In this document: one piece after another, positions 28,428-38,103 of the stretch | Layout: each line of letters starts with the position of its first letter | Numbering within the stretch: the first letter of the stretch is position 1 | Origin: an uncultured SAR86 cluster bacterium | Lineage (GTDB): Bacteria; Pseudomonadota; Gammaproteobacteria; Magnimaribacterales; AG-339-G14 | NCBI GenBank assembly: GCA_902562135.1 | Contig: CACESE010000001.1 | Location: forward strand, 30,181 to 94,180 | Direction: 5' to 3' | Length of the DNA stretch: 64,000 nt | Made by a program: the position numbers and the translations under genes | Notes under the pieces: model-generated | Told to the model about the DNA's origin: nothing | Databases searched by the model: none | The model's input: only the letters and a program-made list of their open reading frames with translations

Positions 28428-29480
28428 CTAGCTATTTATTAAATTCCAAGCATTATTAGCTAATTCTACTGTTTGAGGAAAAAGTTTATCCGCATCCTTT
28501 CCAGCAGCAGTACCATCTCTCACCCTGCCTGTTATACCCTGCAAAATTGCAGCTATTTTAAACATGTTAAACGCCATATACAGATTCCACTCATCCTCAG
28601 AAACTTCAAATTCAGAATTTTCAAAATACATTTTTACGTATTCTTGAAAGGTAGGAATTCCTAAATTTAGGCAATTTTCGTTGTTCGAAATAACAGGATT
28701 GTCAGTATACCTGAGACAGTGATAGCTAAAGTCCGCTACTGGATCTCCCAAAGTTGAAAGCTCCCAGTCAAGAATTGATGCAATTTCATTCGAAGTATCG
28801 TCAACTATTACATTCGTTAAACTAAAATCTCCATGAACTAGACGGGTAGGTTTTTCGGATGGGAGGTTTTCAGGTAACCATTTCATAAGATTATCCATGG
28901 CGGGAATCTTTTCAGTTTCTGACATTTGATATTGTTTAGACCATCTTGAAACTTGTCTTCCAACATAATTTCCTGGTTTGCCAAAATCTTCTAACCCAAT
29001 TTTCATTGGATCAACGTTGTGTAATTTTTTAATAGTATTATTCATGGATCTGTAAATTTCGGTTCTATCTAAGTTTGTTCCGTGGGGAATATCTGGTTCC
29101 CAAATAACACTTCCGTTCACAAATTCCATTACATAGAATTCTGTCCCTATGAGTGTTTCATCATCACAATGCAGGTAGGCCTTTGGTACAGGTACATCCG
29201 TATTATTTAGAGCAGAAATAACTCTAAATTCTCTATCGACTGCATGTGCAGATTTTAATAAATTTCCTGGAGGCTTCCTTCTTAAAACATATGAAGCTGA
29301 AAAAGTTTTTAAAAGATATGTAGGATTTGATTGACCGCCAATAAATTCTTCTATTGTCAAAGGGCCCTTGTAATTTTCTATTTCCTGTTCTAAATATTCA
29401 TTTAAAACCTTGGCGTCAATGAAATGTTTTTTTGACATTTCTTTAGTGCCATTTAATTCTCCCTCAACTCTTTTAATCAT
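28428..29480 (-). CDS. APH-fold phosphotransferase (ACAD10/11 N-terminal kinase-like family), substrate unknown
   Basis: 350 aa. Catalytic loop LVHGDFSLTNVIV and DFG-equivalent ILDWELSTLGDPVADF. Confidence 0.75.
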   Translation of the reverse strand: MIKRVEGELNGTKEMSKKHFIDAKVLNEYLEQEIENYKGPLTIEEFIGGQSNPTYLLKTFSASYVLRRKPPGNLLKSAHAVDREFRVISALNNTDVPVPKAYLHCDDETLIGTEFYVMEFVNGSVIWEPDIPHGTNLDRTEIYRSMNNTIKKLHNVDPMKIGLEDFGKPGNYVGRQVSRWSKQYQMSETEKIPAMDNLMKWLPENLPSEKPTRLVHGDFSLTNVIVDDTSNEIASILDWELSTLGDPVADFSYHCLRYTDNPVISNNENCLNLGIPTFQEYVKMYFENSEFEVSEDEWNLYMAFNMFKIAAILQGITGRVRDGTAAGKDADKLFPQTVELANNAWNLINS

Positions 29481-29492
29481 AACTAAATCATC

Positions 29493-30215
29493 TTAATTAA
29501 GAGATCTTCCTCCATCAACTCTTAAAATCTGACCTGTAATATACTTGTTTTTGTAAAGATGAAAAACAGCCGAAGAAATATCTTTTTCATTTCCTATTCT
29601 GCCTAAAGGAATCGAAGAAATTAATTTTTCTTCATCCGATGACCCATCGGAAGGCAATAAAATTGCTCCTGGTGCAACGGCATTCACTCTAATATCGGGA
29701 GCCAATTCTTTAGCAAGAGATTTAGTAAGGCTCTCTAAACCTCCCTTGGCTACAGCATAGATCGAGTAATTTTTCATACCTTTTGCAACCATTGCATCCG
29801 AAAGATTAATCACAGCGCCTGAATTCTCTTTCAAATTTTCAGCTAAATGTTTTGTTAGAGCCAAAGGACCTTTAACATTCGAATTTATTAGATCATCCCA
29901 ATCACTCATGTTGTCTTCAGTTAGAGGAGTGGCAAAAAAGGAGGAAGCGTTATTAATTAATACATCTACTTTTCCATATTTGTTAAGAACTTCGTCACAA
30001 AATGATTGATAATTTTTAACGTCATTCAAATCGAACTTAATAAGTTCTATTGAATTTTTTCTTATTGCGTTTAATTTTTCTTTCAATTCGTTCGCTTCTT
30101 TGTCAGATGAGTTGTAATGACAAATAATAGAAAAATCATTTTTATGAAATTTCTCGCAGATTGATTTACCAATCCTTTTTGCCCCTCCGGTTATGAGCAC
30201 TACTTTATTCACCAA
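29493..30215 (-). CDS. Short-chain dehydrogenase, pteridine/dihydromonapterin reductase-like (FolM/PTR1-like)
   Basis: 240 aa. TGGAKRIG cofactor motif, NNAS, and YxxxK (YSIYAVAK). The ITGGAKRIG...CHYNSS pattern is typical of FolM-type reductases. Confidence 0.65.
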   Translation of the reverse strand: MVNKVVLITGGAKRIGKSICEKFHKNDFSIICHYNSSDKEANELKEKLNAIRKNSIELIKFDLNDVKNYQSFCDEVLNKYGKVDVLINNASSFFATPLTEDNMSDWDDLINSNVKGPLALTKHLAENLKENSGAVINLSDAMVAKGMKNYSIYAVAKGGLESLTKSLAKELAPDIRVNAVAPGAILLPSDGSSDEEKLISSIPLGRIGNEKDISSAVFHLYKNKYITGQILRVDGGRSLN

Positions 30216-31272
30216 TTACCTCTTTTATTAAAGCGATTCTTTTTTCATAAATTTCTAATTTAATTTCTTTAGAATTTTTATTAGATATTTTTTTTGGTTT
30301 AATTTTAATTAATTTTTCTAAAAGTTTTTCCAAATTTAAATTTTTGAGCTTAGGGTCAATCTTAAAGAATTCATTGTATAAATTGAAAATCTTTTTAGCA
30401 TTTTCTTTATTTCTAAAACTATCAGTTTTCATTAAAGCTTCTAGTATCAATTTTGAAGAAATTTTGCCTCTTAAAGTTTTGGAAAATTCAATAAAAGTTT
30501 TAGACATTTTCTTATAGGAATTAGGAATTTTTGTATCTTTATTTAATTGTAGATCGAAACTTAAGATTGCCCATTTTTCTTCAGCTGAAATTTTATTTTT
30601 ATCAAAGTTTTTCAAAGTATTTATATTTTTATGAAACTTATCCAAATCGGTCGAAAACGGGTACAAAGCGCCAACTTTTTTGAGCACTTCAAAAAAAAGA
30701 TGTGAGTTTTCCATAGCCAAACACTTTTGTGTTTCCATCCAAATTCGTTCAAAAGATAAATTATTTATTTCATCGGACTTGCTGATTTCTTGCATTAATT
30801 CAATCGTTTCTGAATGAATTTCAAAATTGAATTTATTAAGATAAGTATAAAATCTAGCCACTCTGTAGACTCTTAATGGATCATCTTTGAAAGCTGGAGA
30901 TATGTGTCTTAAAACTCTATTTTCAAGATCTTTTAATCCTCCATAAGGGTCTGATAATTCTCCAGTTTCCGATTTTGCAATGGCATTCACCGTTAGGTCT
31001 CTTCTGTATAAATCTTCTTCAATGGTAATTTCGGAGTTAACGTCGAACCTAAACCCTTTGTGTCCCGGGTCCGTTTTGAATTCTTTTCTTGCTAATGCAT
31101 ATTCTTCCTTACTAACGGGATGCAAAAAAACAGGGAAACTTTTTCCGACCGAAATAAAGCCTTTGTCGAGCATATCTTGTTCTGTTCCTCCAATGACGAC
31201 CCAATCTTTCTCGTGAGATTCAATTCCTAAGATTTCATCTCTTACGTAACCGCCAACTAAGAAAATTTTCAT
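30205..31272 (-). CDS. cca: CCA-adding tRNA nucleotidyltransferase, short form lacking the HD phosphohydrolase motif
   Basis: 355 aa. MKIFLVGGYVRDEILG and RRDLTVNA head-domain motifs are collinear with E. coli Cca. There is no HD dipeptide anywhere in the C-terminal half. Confidence 0.88.
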   Translation of the reverse strand: MKIFLVGGYVRDEILGIESHEKDWVVIGGTEQDMLDKGFISVGKSFPVFLHPVSKEEYALARKEFKTDPGHKGFRFDVNSEITIEEDLYRRDLTVNAIAKSETGELSDPYGGLKDLENRVLRHISPAFKDDPLRVYRVARFYTYLNKFNFEIHSETIELMQEISKSDEINNLSFERIWMETQKCLAMENSHLFFEVLKKVGALYPFSTDLDKFHKNINTLKNFDKNKISAEEKWAILSFDLQLNKDTKIPNSYKKMSKTFIEFSKTLRGKISSKLILEALMKTDSFRNKENAKKIFNLYNEFFKIDPKLKNLNLEKLLEKLIKIKPKKISNKNSKEIKLEIYEKRIALIKEVIGE

Positions 31273-32103
31273 TTAAGCACTTTTTATGGTGAATTTTTTT
31301 TGGTCTTCAAGTCTCAGGAATGTAAGTTTATTCCCCCAAACACATCCAGTATCTAAACCAATTATATTTTTTTTTCTGGTTTTTCCATTTAGGGCTGCCC
31401 AATGACCAAAAATTAAATAATTGTCTCCTTTCATAGCTGCAATTTTAAATTTAAACCATGGTAAGTAATTATATGGAAGATCTTTTAAACCTTTCTTAAA
31501 AGAAAAAAGTATTTTTCCATTTTTATCACATATTCTAATTCTGGTTAAGACGTTAATGAAAAAAGAAAGTTTGTCTTTCATAGAAATAATTTTAAAGTTA
31601 GTTCTTCTGTGATGAAAAAAAATTTTTTTTAAATTTTTTTTTGGGTTTTCTTGAATAAATTCTTGAGCCATTTTATTTAATCTTATGCATTCTTCATAGC
31701 TTAAATTATGGGGCAAACCAGCGTGAACCATTAAAAATTTTTTTTTCAAACCATTTTTAAGATTTATTTTTTTTGAAAAGAAAAAAGGTTGCTTTATTAA
31801 GAAATTTGCAAATTTCTTACAATCAGAATTCAATAAAAGTTCATCTAAAGTGTCATTTTTATGTTTTTTTCGATTTGAAAAGTATCTTGCTAAAAAATGC
31901 AGGTCATGGTTTCCCAATACAATGTGAACTCTTGAGCGGAGTTCGTATATTTTTTTTAATGTTTTTAATGAATCGGGTCCCCGATTTACTAAATCACCTG
32001 ATAACCAAAGATAATCTTTTGTTTCGTCAAAATTTATTTTTTTTAAGCCCTTTTCAAATTCTTCAAAGCAGCCTTGAATATCTCCTACTGCATAATTAGC
32101 CAT
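31273..32103 (-). CDS. apaH: Bis(5'-nucleosyl)-tetraphosphatase, symmetrical
   Basis: 276 aa. Metallophosphatase motifs VGDIQGC, GDLVNRG and GNHD. Confidence 0.9.
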   Translation of the reverse strand: MANYAVGDIQGCFEEFEKGLKKINFDETKDYLWLSGDLVNRGPDSLKTLKKIYELRSRVHIVLGNHDLHFLARYFSNRKKHKNDTLDELLLNSDCKKFANFLIKQPFFFSKKINLKNGLKKKFLMVHAGLPHNLSYEECIRLNKMAQEFIQENPKKNLKKIFFHHRRTNFKIISMKDKLSFFINVLTRIRICDKNGKILFSFKKGLKDLPYNYLPWFKFKIAAMKGDNYLIFGHWAALNGKTRKKNIIGLDTGCVWGNKLTFLRLEDQKKFTIKSA

Positions 32104-32890
32104 TATTTTTAATAAGTTTTGATAATTTTATAAAGCTTGCTGTATTAAGTTCATCTGGACGAAGATTTAAATTTATTCCCGTACTTTCTAGATCTTTTTC
32201 ACTGAATAGTGATAGTAAAGTTTTTTTAATTTTTTTTCTTTTCGCATTAAAAAGAAGATTTAAAATTTTCTTCAAATTTACGAACTCTATTTCATTAAAT
32301 GTTTTTCTCTTGGGTTTAAATCTTACAAAGGCACTATCAACTTTTGGTGGAGGTATAAAGAAAGATTTATCAACGTCTTTTAAAATACTTACTTCGAATA
32401 AATAATCACATATTACACTCAATTTACCATAAGACTTTGAGTTTTCATTTCCAGCACATCTCTCAGCAAATTCTTTTTGTAACATAAAATGCATGTCAAT
32501 AATTGTGTTTATATTTTTGATGCTCCATTCAAGTATTGGGCTCGAGAGATTGTATGGAAGATTGCCAGCAATGCGGATGCTTTTTTCGCCTTCACTAATT
32601 GTGTTTATGTCAAAGCTCAATACATCTCTATTGATAAGTTTAAAGCCTTTTATATTTTTAAATCTTTTTTCTAATAATGGAACTAAATTTCGATCAATTT
32701 CGACAGAGGTGCAAGAGGTAGATTTATTTATGATTAGCTCAGTTAAATTTCCAGTTCCAGGGCCAATCTCGACAAAAATGTCTTTTTTTTCGATTTCAAT
32801 TAAATCAACTAATTCATTTAGTAAAACTTGATCTTCTATAAAATTTTGTCCAAATTTTTTTTTGGGCGATAGTTTTTTAAATTCTTTCAC
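32096..32890 (-). CDS. rsmA: 16S rRNA (adenine1518/1519-N6)-dimethyltransferase
   Basis: 264 aa. FGQNFI motif, SAM-binding VEIGPGTGNLT, and NLPYN. Confidence 0.93.
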   Translation of the reverse strand: MKEFKKLSPKKKFGQNFIEDQVLLNELVDLIEIEKKDIFVEIGPGTGNLTELIINKSTSCTSVEIDRNLVPLLEKRFKNIKGFKLINRDVLSFDINTISEGEKSIRIAGNLPYNLSSPILEWSIKNINTIIDMHFMLQKEFAERCAGNENSKSYGKLSVICDYLFEVSILKDVDKSFFIPPPKVDSAFVRFKPKRKTFNEIEFVNLKKILNLLFNAKRKKIKKTLLSLFSEKDLESTGINLNLRPDELNTASFIKLSKLIKNNG

Positions 32891-33843
32891 CTAGTCATTT
32901 CCAACGATGTTTTTATTGCCTCTATTGCGCTTGCTTCATTGGCTTCAAACTTTCCTGCAATTTCATACGCGGTTCCATGATCAACTGAAATTCTTGTAAA
33001 CGGTAATCCTAATGTTATGTTAATGGAATTTCCAAATCCTAAAGCTTTTAAAACAGGTAAGCCTTGATCATGAAACATAGCAATGTAAGCATCATATTTA
33101 GTAATTTTTTCAGGAACAAAGGCAGTATCGGCTGATTCAGGGCCCTCTACCATTATTTTTGAGTTTCTGAGCCTTTTGATAGCAGGTTTTATAATTTCTA
33201 TTTCTTCTGAACCAAGAAATCCATTTTCGCCTGCATGAGGATTTAAGCCCAAAACACAGATCTTAGGAGTTTTTATCTTCCATTTTTGCTTTAGCTCTTT
33301 ATTGAGAGTTTTAATAACATTTTCCAATTTGGAAGTAGAAATATTATTGGCAACTTCTTTAAGAGGTAGATGCGTTGTTACCAAAGCTACTTTTAAAATT
33401 TCATTTGCAAGCAGCATGACTACGTTTTTTTTATTAGATATGTCCGCAAGAAATTCTGTATGACCAGAAAATTCAAATCCATATTCGTTGATTAATGCTT
33501 TGTTGATTGGGCCAGTTACAATAGTGGAGTATTTATTTTTCAAAGCTCCTAAAGAAGCTTCAAACAACACGTCTAATATATACTTTGCGTTTTTTACATC
33601 GGGCTTGCCAAGTTTTACTGCAGAAACCAAAGGAATATGTTCTACATTAATAAAATCCGAGGAAATTGAATTTCTTTTAAATTTTAAATTTAGATTTAAT
33701 TTTTTATTCAGAAATTCAAAATGGTTTATATCCCCAATCAGAACGAATTTTTTATTATCCTTTTTATTTTTACTTAAAGCTTTTAAGCAAACTTCTGGAC
33801 CAATCCCAGCTGGATCGCCAGGACTAATAGCAATTAGACTCAT
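32887..33843 (-). CDS. pdxA: 4-hydroxythreonine-4-phosphate dehydrogenase
   Basis: 318 aa. GDPAGIGPE, GHTEFL, LNPHAGE and HDQG motifs. surA-pdxA-rsmA order. Confidence 0.93.
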   Translation of the reverse strand: MSLIAISPGDPAGIGPEVCLKALSKNKKDNKKFVLIGDINHFEFLNKKLNLNLKFKRNSISSDFINVEHIPLVSAVKLGKPDVKNAKYILDVLFEASLGALKNKYSTIVTGPINKALINEYGFEFSGHTEFLADISNKKNVVMLLANEILKVALVTTHLPLKEVANNISTSKLENVIKTLNKELKQKWKIKTPKICVLGLNPHAGENGFLGSEEIEIIKPAIKRLRNSKIMVEGPESADTAFVPEKITKYDAYIAMFHDQGLPVLKALGFGNSINITLGLPFTRISVDHGTAYEIAGKFEANEASAIEAIKTSLEMTR

Positions 33844-35090
33844 GATTTTTTCTTTATTTCTACAAATGATTCTGATCGCATCTCTTGAAGTGTGGTTTCT
33901 AATTGTTCCTGAAACTTCCTTTCAAATAAAATTCTATAAGCTTTATTTTTTTGAATATTTGATGAGATATCTTCTTTTCTCCTGTCAAGAACCTCTGCTA
34001 TATGCCATCCAAAAGCACTTTTAAAAGGGGGGGTTACTTCATTGATAGTCGCTTCATCTAAAGCTTTCTTAAATGCAGGAGCATATTTGTCAGTTGACGA
34101 CCATCCAAGTTCACCGCCATCAAGTTTTGAACCAGGGTCATCAGAATATAATCTTGCTAAAATTTCAAAAGCTTCTCCATTACTCAATTTTTCTTTAATT
34201 TCTTCTATTAATTTTTTAGCTTGACTATCGCTTCTGACTTCAGAAGTTTGAATTAAGATATGCCTTGCAAGCACTTGATCCTCAATTCTTACGGTATCTC
34301 CTCTTTTATCTTTTAGATATAGGATATGAAAACCAGCTCCACTTTCAATAGGACCTCTGTACTCTCCAAGTTGCATTTCTTTTACGATTTCTGTGAAAAG
34401 AGTAGGGATGTTAGAAATTCTTTTCCAGGTTAGGGTCTCTTCTACGTTTCTAGATTGATCATTTTTATTTTTTAAAATATCAAAATTTTGTCCTTGATTA
34501 AGCAAGTCTAGAACCTCCTCGGCGAGGTTTTTATCTTTTAGAAGGATTTGATCAAATTTATATTCAATTACTAATAGATTTTGTCCTTCTACTGAATTGA
34601 TAAAATTATTCAGTTCTTGCTCGGAAATAAAAACTTTTGGGCCGACAATACCTCTTTGTACTCTCGCAATTATCATTTCTTTTTTTACATCTTCTCTCAG
34701 CTTCTCATATGAATCGCCTTGCGATTCTATTTCTTTTTTAAAATCTACTAAGGTAAGGTTATTATTTGATGCCAATAAGGACATAGACTCATTTAATTCT
34801 TGGTCACTGATTCTTACCCCCGCCCTGAAAGCTCTTTGCAATTGAAGTTCTTGTATTATTAAGTTCTCTAAAATTTGCTCTTCAAGAAATGTTTCTGGAG
34901 GTAAAGGTTGATCTGTATTGGCAGCTTCAAAATTTCTGAGATATGTTTTTTTTGCTTCTAAAAGTTGAGACTCCATAATTATTCCATCTCCTACGATGGC
35001 TATAATTCTGTCTAAATTAATTTTTTCTGCAAACGTGTTGTTTGCAATACAAATTAAAAAGATTAACTTAATTGCTTTCATAACATTCAT
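33840..35090 (-). CDS. surA: Periplasmic chaperone / peptidyl-prolyl isomerase SurA
   Basis: 416 aa. Signal peptide, an N-terminal chaperone domain and parvulin domain(s) (ARHILI..., GELGW, FGWHI). lptD-surA-pdxA context. Confidence 0.88.
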   Translation of the reverse strand: MNVMKAIKLIFLICIANNTFAEKINLDRIIAIVGDGIIMESQLLEAKKTYLRNFEAANTDQPLPPETFLEEQILENLIIQELQLQRAFRAGVRISDQELNESMSLLASNNNLTLVDFKKEIESQGDSYEKLREDVKKEMIIARVQRGIVGPKVFISEQELNNFINSVEGQNLLVIEYKFDQILLKDKNLAEEVLDLLNQGQNFDILKNKNDQSRNVEETLTWKRISNIPTLFTEIVKEMQLGEYRGPIESGAGFHILYLKDKRGDTVRIEDQVLARHILIQTSEVRSDSQAKKLIEEIKEKLSNGEAFEILARLYSDDPGSKLDGGELGWSSTDKYAPAFKKALDEATINEVTPPFKSAFGWHIAEVLDRRKEDISSNIQKNKAYRILFERKFQEQLETTLQEMRSESFVEIKKKS

Positions 35091-35091
35091 T

Positions 35092-37164
35092 TTAATTTAA
35101 AGTCCTTCTATTTAAATAATTATCTAATGGTCTTCCTAGGGAGCCTAGACCTTTTAATTCAAAATAAATTCTAAAACTTTCTTGATTATAATCATCATAA
35201 ATTTTTTCATTTAAAACTTTGGCCCAATCTAATTCCTTTGAATGTATTAAGGCAACTCCATATCTTAATCCAGGGTTTTCATATTCCAGACCTAAAACAG
35301 CATTTGTGAGGTTTGAGTTTTCAAGATCATAAATGAACTTTGTACTCAAATCATATTTGTAATCCCCTTTAAGTTTAAACTCAAAATCAATTTGATTTAT
35401 TTTTTTTTCTGAGGTGCTATTCAATAGAAAGGCGTTTATATCTTTTGCCCAGAAGTAATTTAATGCAAACGAAGAAAGGGCAAGATTCTGTTCATATACT
35501 AAGTTTAAAGTATTGAATTTATCTTTGTCGTCGACTTTGATTCCTAGATTAAAAGAAGACCTTTTATTTGGAAAATACTTCAAATCAATATTAAAAGGCT
35601 CAGGTAAGTCATAATCTTGGTTAGAAATTCGAAGCGAATTCGTTGAGCTAAATTTCTTTGCAAATTGAAGCTCAAAGAGTTTCCCTTTTATATTATATAA
35701 CTCATGTATGAATCCAATTGAAATGTCTTTCTTTTCTAAAAGGTAATTTCTGCTTATAAGTCTTGTCTCTAGAAAATTTCTTTGGTTCAAGAAAATTCCT
35801 GAATTAATATATGGAATCTCATTTTGATTCTTTTGCGGAGAATAAGATATTAAGGCAAAAGGCCTAATAAATTTTTCGATAGTTGAATCCTTTTTAGTCA
35901 AGTCGCTATGAAACCGAATATTTACTTCAGGTTGAGTTCTTTTAATTGAAAGACCATTAAAGTTAAATTTGGTGAAATTAATTTTTGCTTCATATTCAGT
36001 TGATAAATTATTTATTTTTTTTGAGGAGATTAAATAAGGAGTTAAATGATACATTTCTATACTCTCGCTAGAATTACTTATAAAAGATCCTCCTTTTTTA
36101 AAAAGAGAGAAGAATGAATCTATTCCATAATTAAGGAATTCATTTTTATTGAACCAAGATAATTCAACTCTTGGCAGTTCTTTAAATTGGTCTTGTCCAA
36201 TAGGGTCAACAATTCTAAAAGAATTTATTTTTATGATAGCTTTATGAGTTTTAGAAAAGTTAGAAAGAATTAATTGCTGTGGTGTATAAAGAGTTTTTGA
36301 AGTTCCATTAAAATCTCCACCAAAATCATTTAAAAAGAAAGTATCACTCACGTTTGCATATTTGATTTGTAAGAATAAGTCTTCTTTTAAAGATTGAGAA
36401 TGTTGCAAATTAAAAGACCAACGAAACGAATTATTCATATATTGATCTTCATACTCTTTATCGTTAGAAAGTATTGAGCTATTTAAGATTCCATTGAATT
36501 TATCTGATAAGTATCGCAATTCGTTTGAAATACCAAAGCCTCTCTTTGAAATATATCTAGGTTCAATTGTCGCATCTAAATTCTCCTTTAAATTCAAATA
36601 ATAAGGAATCGAAGCATCTATTCCAGACTTATTAGATATATTTATTTCTGGAAGTAAAAAACCACTTTTTCTTTTCGAACTTGCTGGAAAGGAGCCTTTC
36701 GGCCAAGCGCCAATAGTTTTACCCTGAACTTTCAACCTAGCATCTTTAAAATTTACTGACTTTGTATCCTCAGAAAAAGAAATCTCTGTTGCTTCTATCC
36801 ACCATATTTTTTCTAAACAAGGACATAAAGAGAAACTCGCATTTTGAAAAGAAATTTCATTTTCTGAAAAATTAAGTTTTTCAGCTTCCCCCCAAAAATT
36901 GTTTTCTTCGATAATGAAAGACAAGCTTTCAGAAAATCCACTTCGTGTCTCTTGCGTGAAAAATAGTTTTTCGGTGGATACAGACAAATCATCAATTTGT
37001 AGAGAAACAGAATTCTCCAAAATTAATCCTCCATCATCTATTGCCGATATTTTTCCAGCAGAGTAGTTTATTTTTTGTCCGAAACTAAAAGAGCCGATCA
37101 AAATAAAAAATAGAGGTAATAAATACCTTGTGTGAAAAAGAATTACTTTGGAAAAAATAAACAT
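35092..37164 (-). CDS. lptD: LPS-assembly outer-membrane protein LptD
   Basis: 690 aa. Signal peptide, an OstA-like N-terminal domain and a large beta-barrel region rich in alternating aromatic residues. Canonical position upstream of surA. Confidence 0.85.
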   Translation of the reverse strand: MFIFSKVILFHTRYLLPLFFILIGSFSFGQKINYSAGKISAIDDGGLILENSVSLQIDDLSVSTEKLFFTQETRSGFSESLSFIIEENNFWGEAEKLNFSENEISFQNASFSLCPCLEKIWWIEATEISFSEDTKSVNFKDARLKVQGKTIGAWPKGSFPASSKRKSGFLLPEINISNKSGIDASIPYYLNLKENLDATIEPRYISKRGFGISNELRYLSDKFNGILNSSILSNDKEYEDQYMNNSFRWSFNLQHSQSLKEDLFLQIKYANVSDTFFLNDFGGDFNGTSKTLYTPQQLILSNFSKTHKAIIKINSFRIVDPIGQDQFKELPRVELSWFNKNEFLNYGIDSFFSLFKKGGSFISNSSESIEMYHLTPYLISSKKINNLSTEYEAKINFTKFNFNGLSIKRTQPEVNIRFHSDLTKKDSTIEKFIRPFALISYSPQKNQNEIPYINSGIFLNQRNFLETRLISRNYLLEKKDISIGFIHELYNIKGKLFELQFAKKFSSTNSLRISNQDYDLPEPFNIDLKYFPNKRSSFNLGIKVDDKDKFNTLNLVYEQNLALSSFALNYFWAKDINAFLLNSTSEKKINQIDFEFKLKGDYKYDLSTKFIYDLENSNLTNAVLGLEYENPGLRYGVALIHSKELDWAKVLNEKIYDDYNQESFRIYFELKGLGSLGRPLDNYLNRRTLN

Positions 37165-37233
37165 AATTAAATTACGTTTGTAATGATATTAGATGCTATT
37201 GAAGGTTAAAATACAATTTTAATAGGAGATTAA

Positions 37234-38094
37234 ATGACAAAATTAACAAATAAAACTTTATTTATTTCTGGCGCTAGTAGAGGGATTGGATTAGCGATCG
37301 CAAAAAGAGCTGCTAAAGACGGAGCTAATATAATTCTTGCTGCAAAAACTGCAGAACCTCATCCCAAGTTGCCAGGAACTATTTATACTGCGGCAGAAGA
37401 AATTGAAAATGTTGGAGGAAAAGCTTTTCCAGTAATCTGTGATATTAGATCAGAAGAACAAGTTGAAAACGCAGTTTCTTCAGGAGCAGAGCATTTTGGT
37501 GGCATAGATATTTGTATAAATAATGCCAGTGCAATTCAACTCACTGGCACACTTCAGACCGATATGAAACGATACGATCTTATGAATCAAATAAATGCCC
37601 GAGGAACTTTTTTAACATCAAAAAAATGTTTACCTCATTTACTTAAGGCTGATAATCCTCACATATTAAATCTTTCTCCCCCATTGGATATGAAGCCTCA
37701 TTGGTTCTCAAACCACGTTGCATATACAATCGCGAAGTACGGAATGAGTCTATGTGTTTTGGGCATGGCAGAAGAGTTTAAAGAACAAGGTGTTGCGGTT
37801 AATGCATTATGGCCAAGAACTGCTATAGCAACTGCCGCGGTAAAAAATGTTTTAGGAGGGGATGAAATGTCAAAAATATCAAGAACTCCAGAAATAATGG
37901 CTGACGCAGCTCATGTTATTCTTACTAAAAATTCCACTGAGTTTTCTGGAAACTTTTGTATAGACGATAATCTCTTAGCGGAAAATGGTGTAAAAGACTT
38001 TTCTGAGTACGCTTCAGTTCCATTTGATAAATTAGCACCTGACTTTTTTGTTCCCGAAGAAATACCAGCTCCTGAAGAGGCAAAAAACAGCTAG
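37234..38094 (+). CDS. Short-chain dehydrogenase/reductase (HSDL2-like SDR)
   Basis: 286 aa. SGASRGIG cofactor motif, NNAS, and YTIAKYG (YxxxK). Confidence 0.8.
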   Translation: MTKLTNKTLFISGASRGIGLAIAKRAAKDGANIILAAKTAEPHPKLPGTIYTAAEEIENVGGKAFPVICDIRSEEQVENAVSSGAEHFGGIDICINNASAIQLTGTLQTDMKRYDLMNQINARGTFLTSKKCLPHLLKADNPHILNLSPPLDMKPHWFSNHVAYTIAKYGMSLCVLGMAEEFKEQGVAVNALWPRTAIATAAVKNVLGGDEMSKISRTPEIMADAAHVILTKNSTEFSGNFCIDDNLLAENGVKDFSEYASVPFDKLAPDFFVPEEIPAPEEAKNS

Positions 38095-38103
38095 GATGAA
38101 TTA

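Noticed and set aside
33488-34024. 178-aa ORF on the + strand antisense to pdxA and surA, unusually long for an AT-rich genome
   Set aside because: It lies in the antisense frame where stops arise only opposite Tyr, His or Gln codons preceded by particular third bases. Stop density there is therefore low, and one ORF of this length is roughly expected in 64 kb. The translation is F/L/I/S-rich low-complexity sequence, as expected from reading K/E/N-rich genes backwards. It also spans a gene boundary. No start context or motifs.
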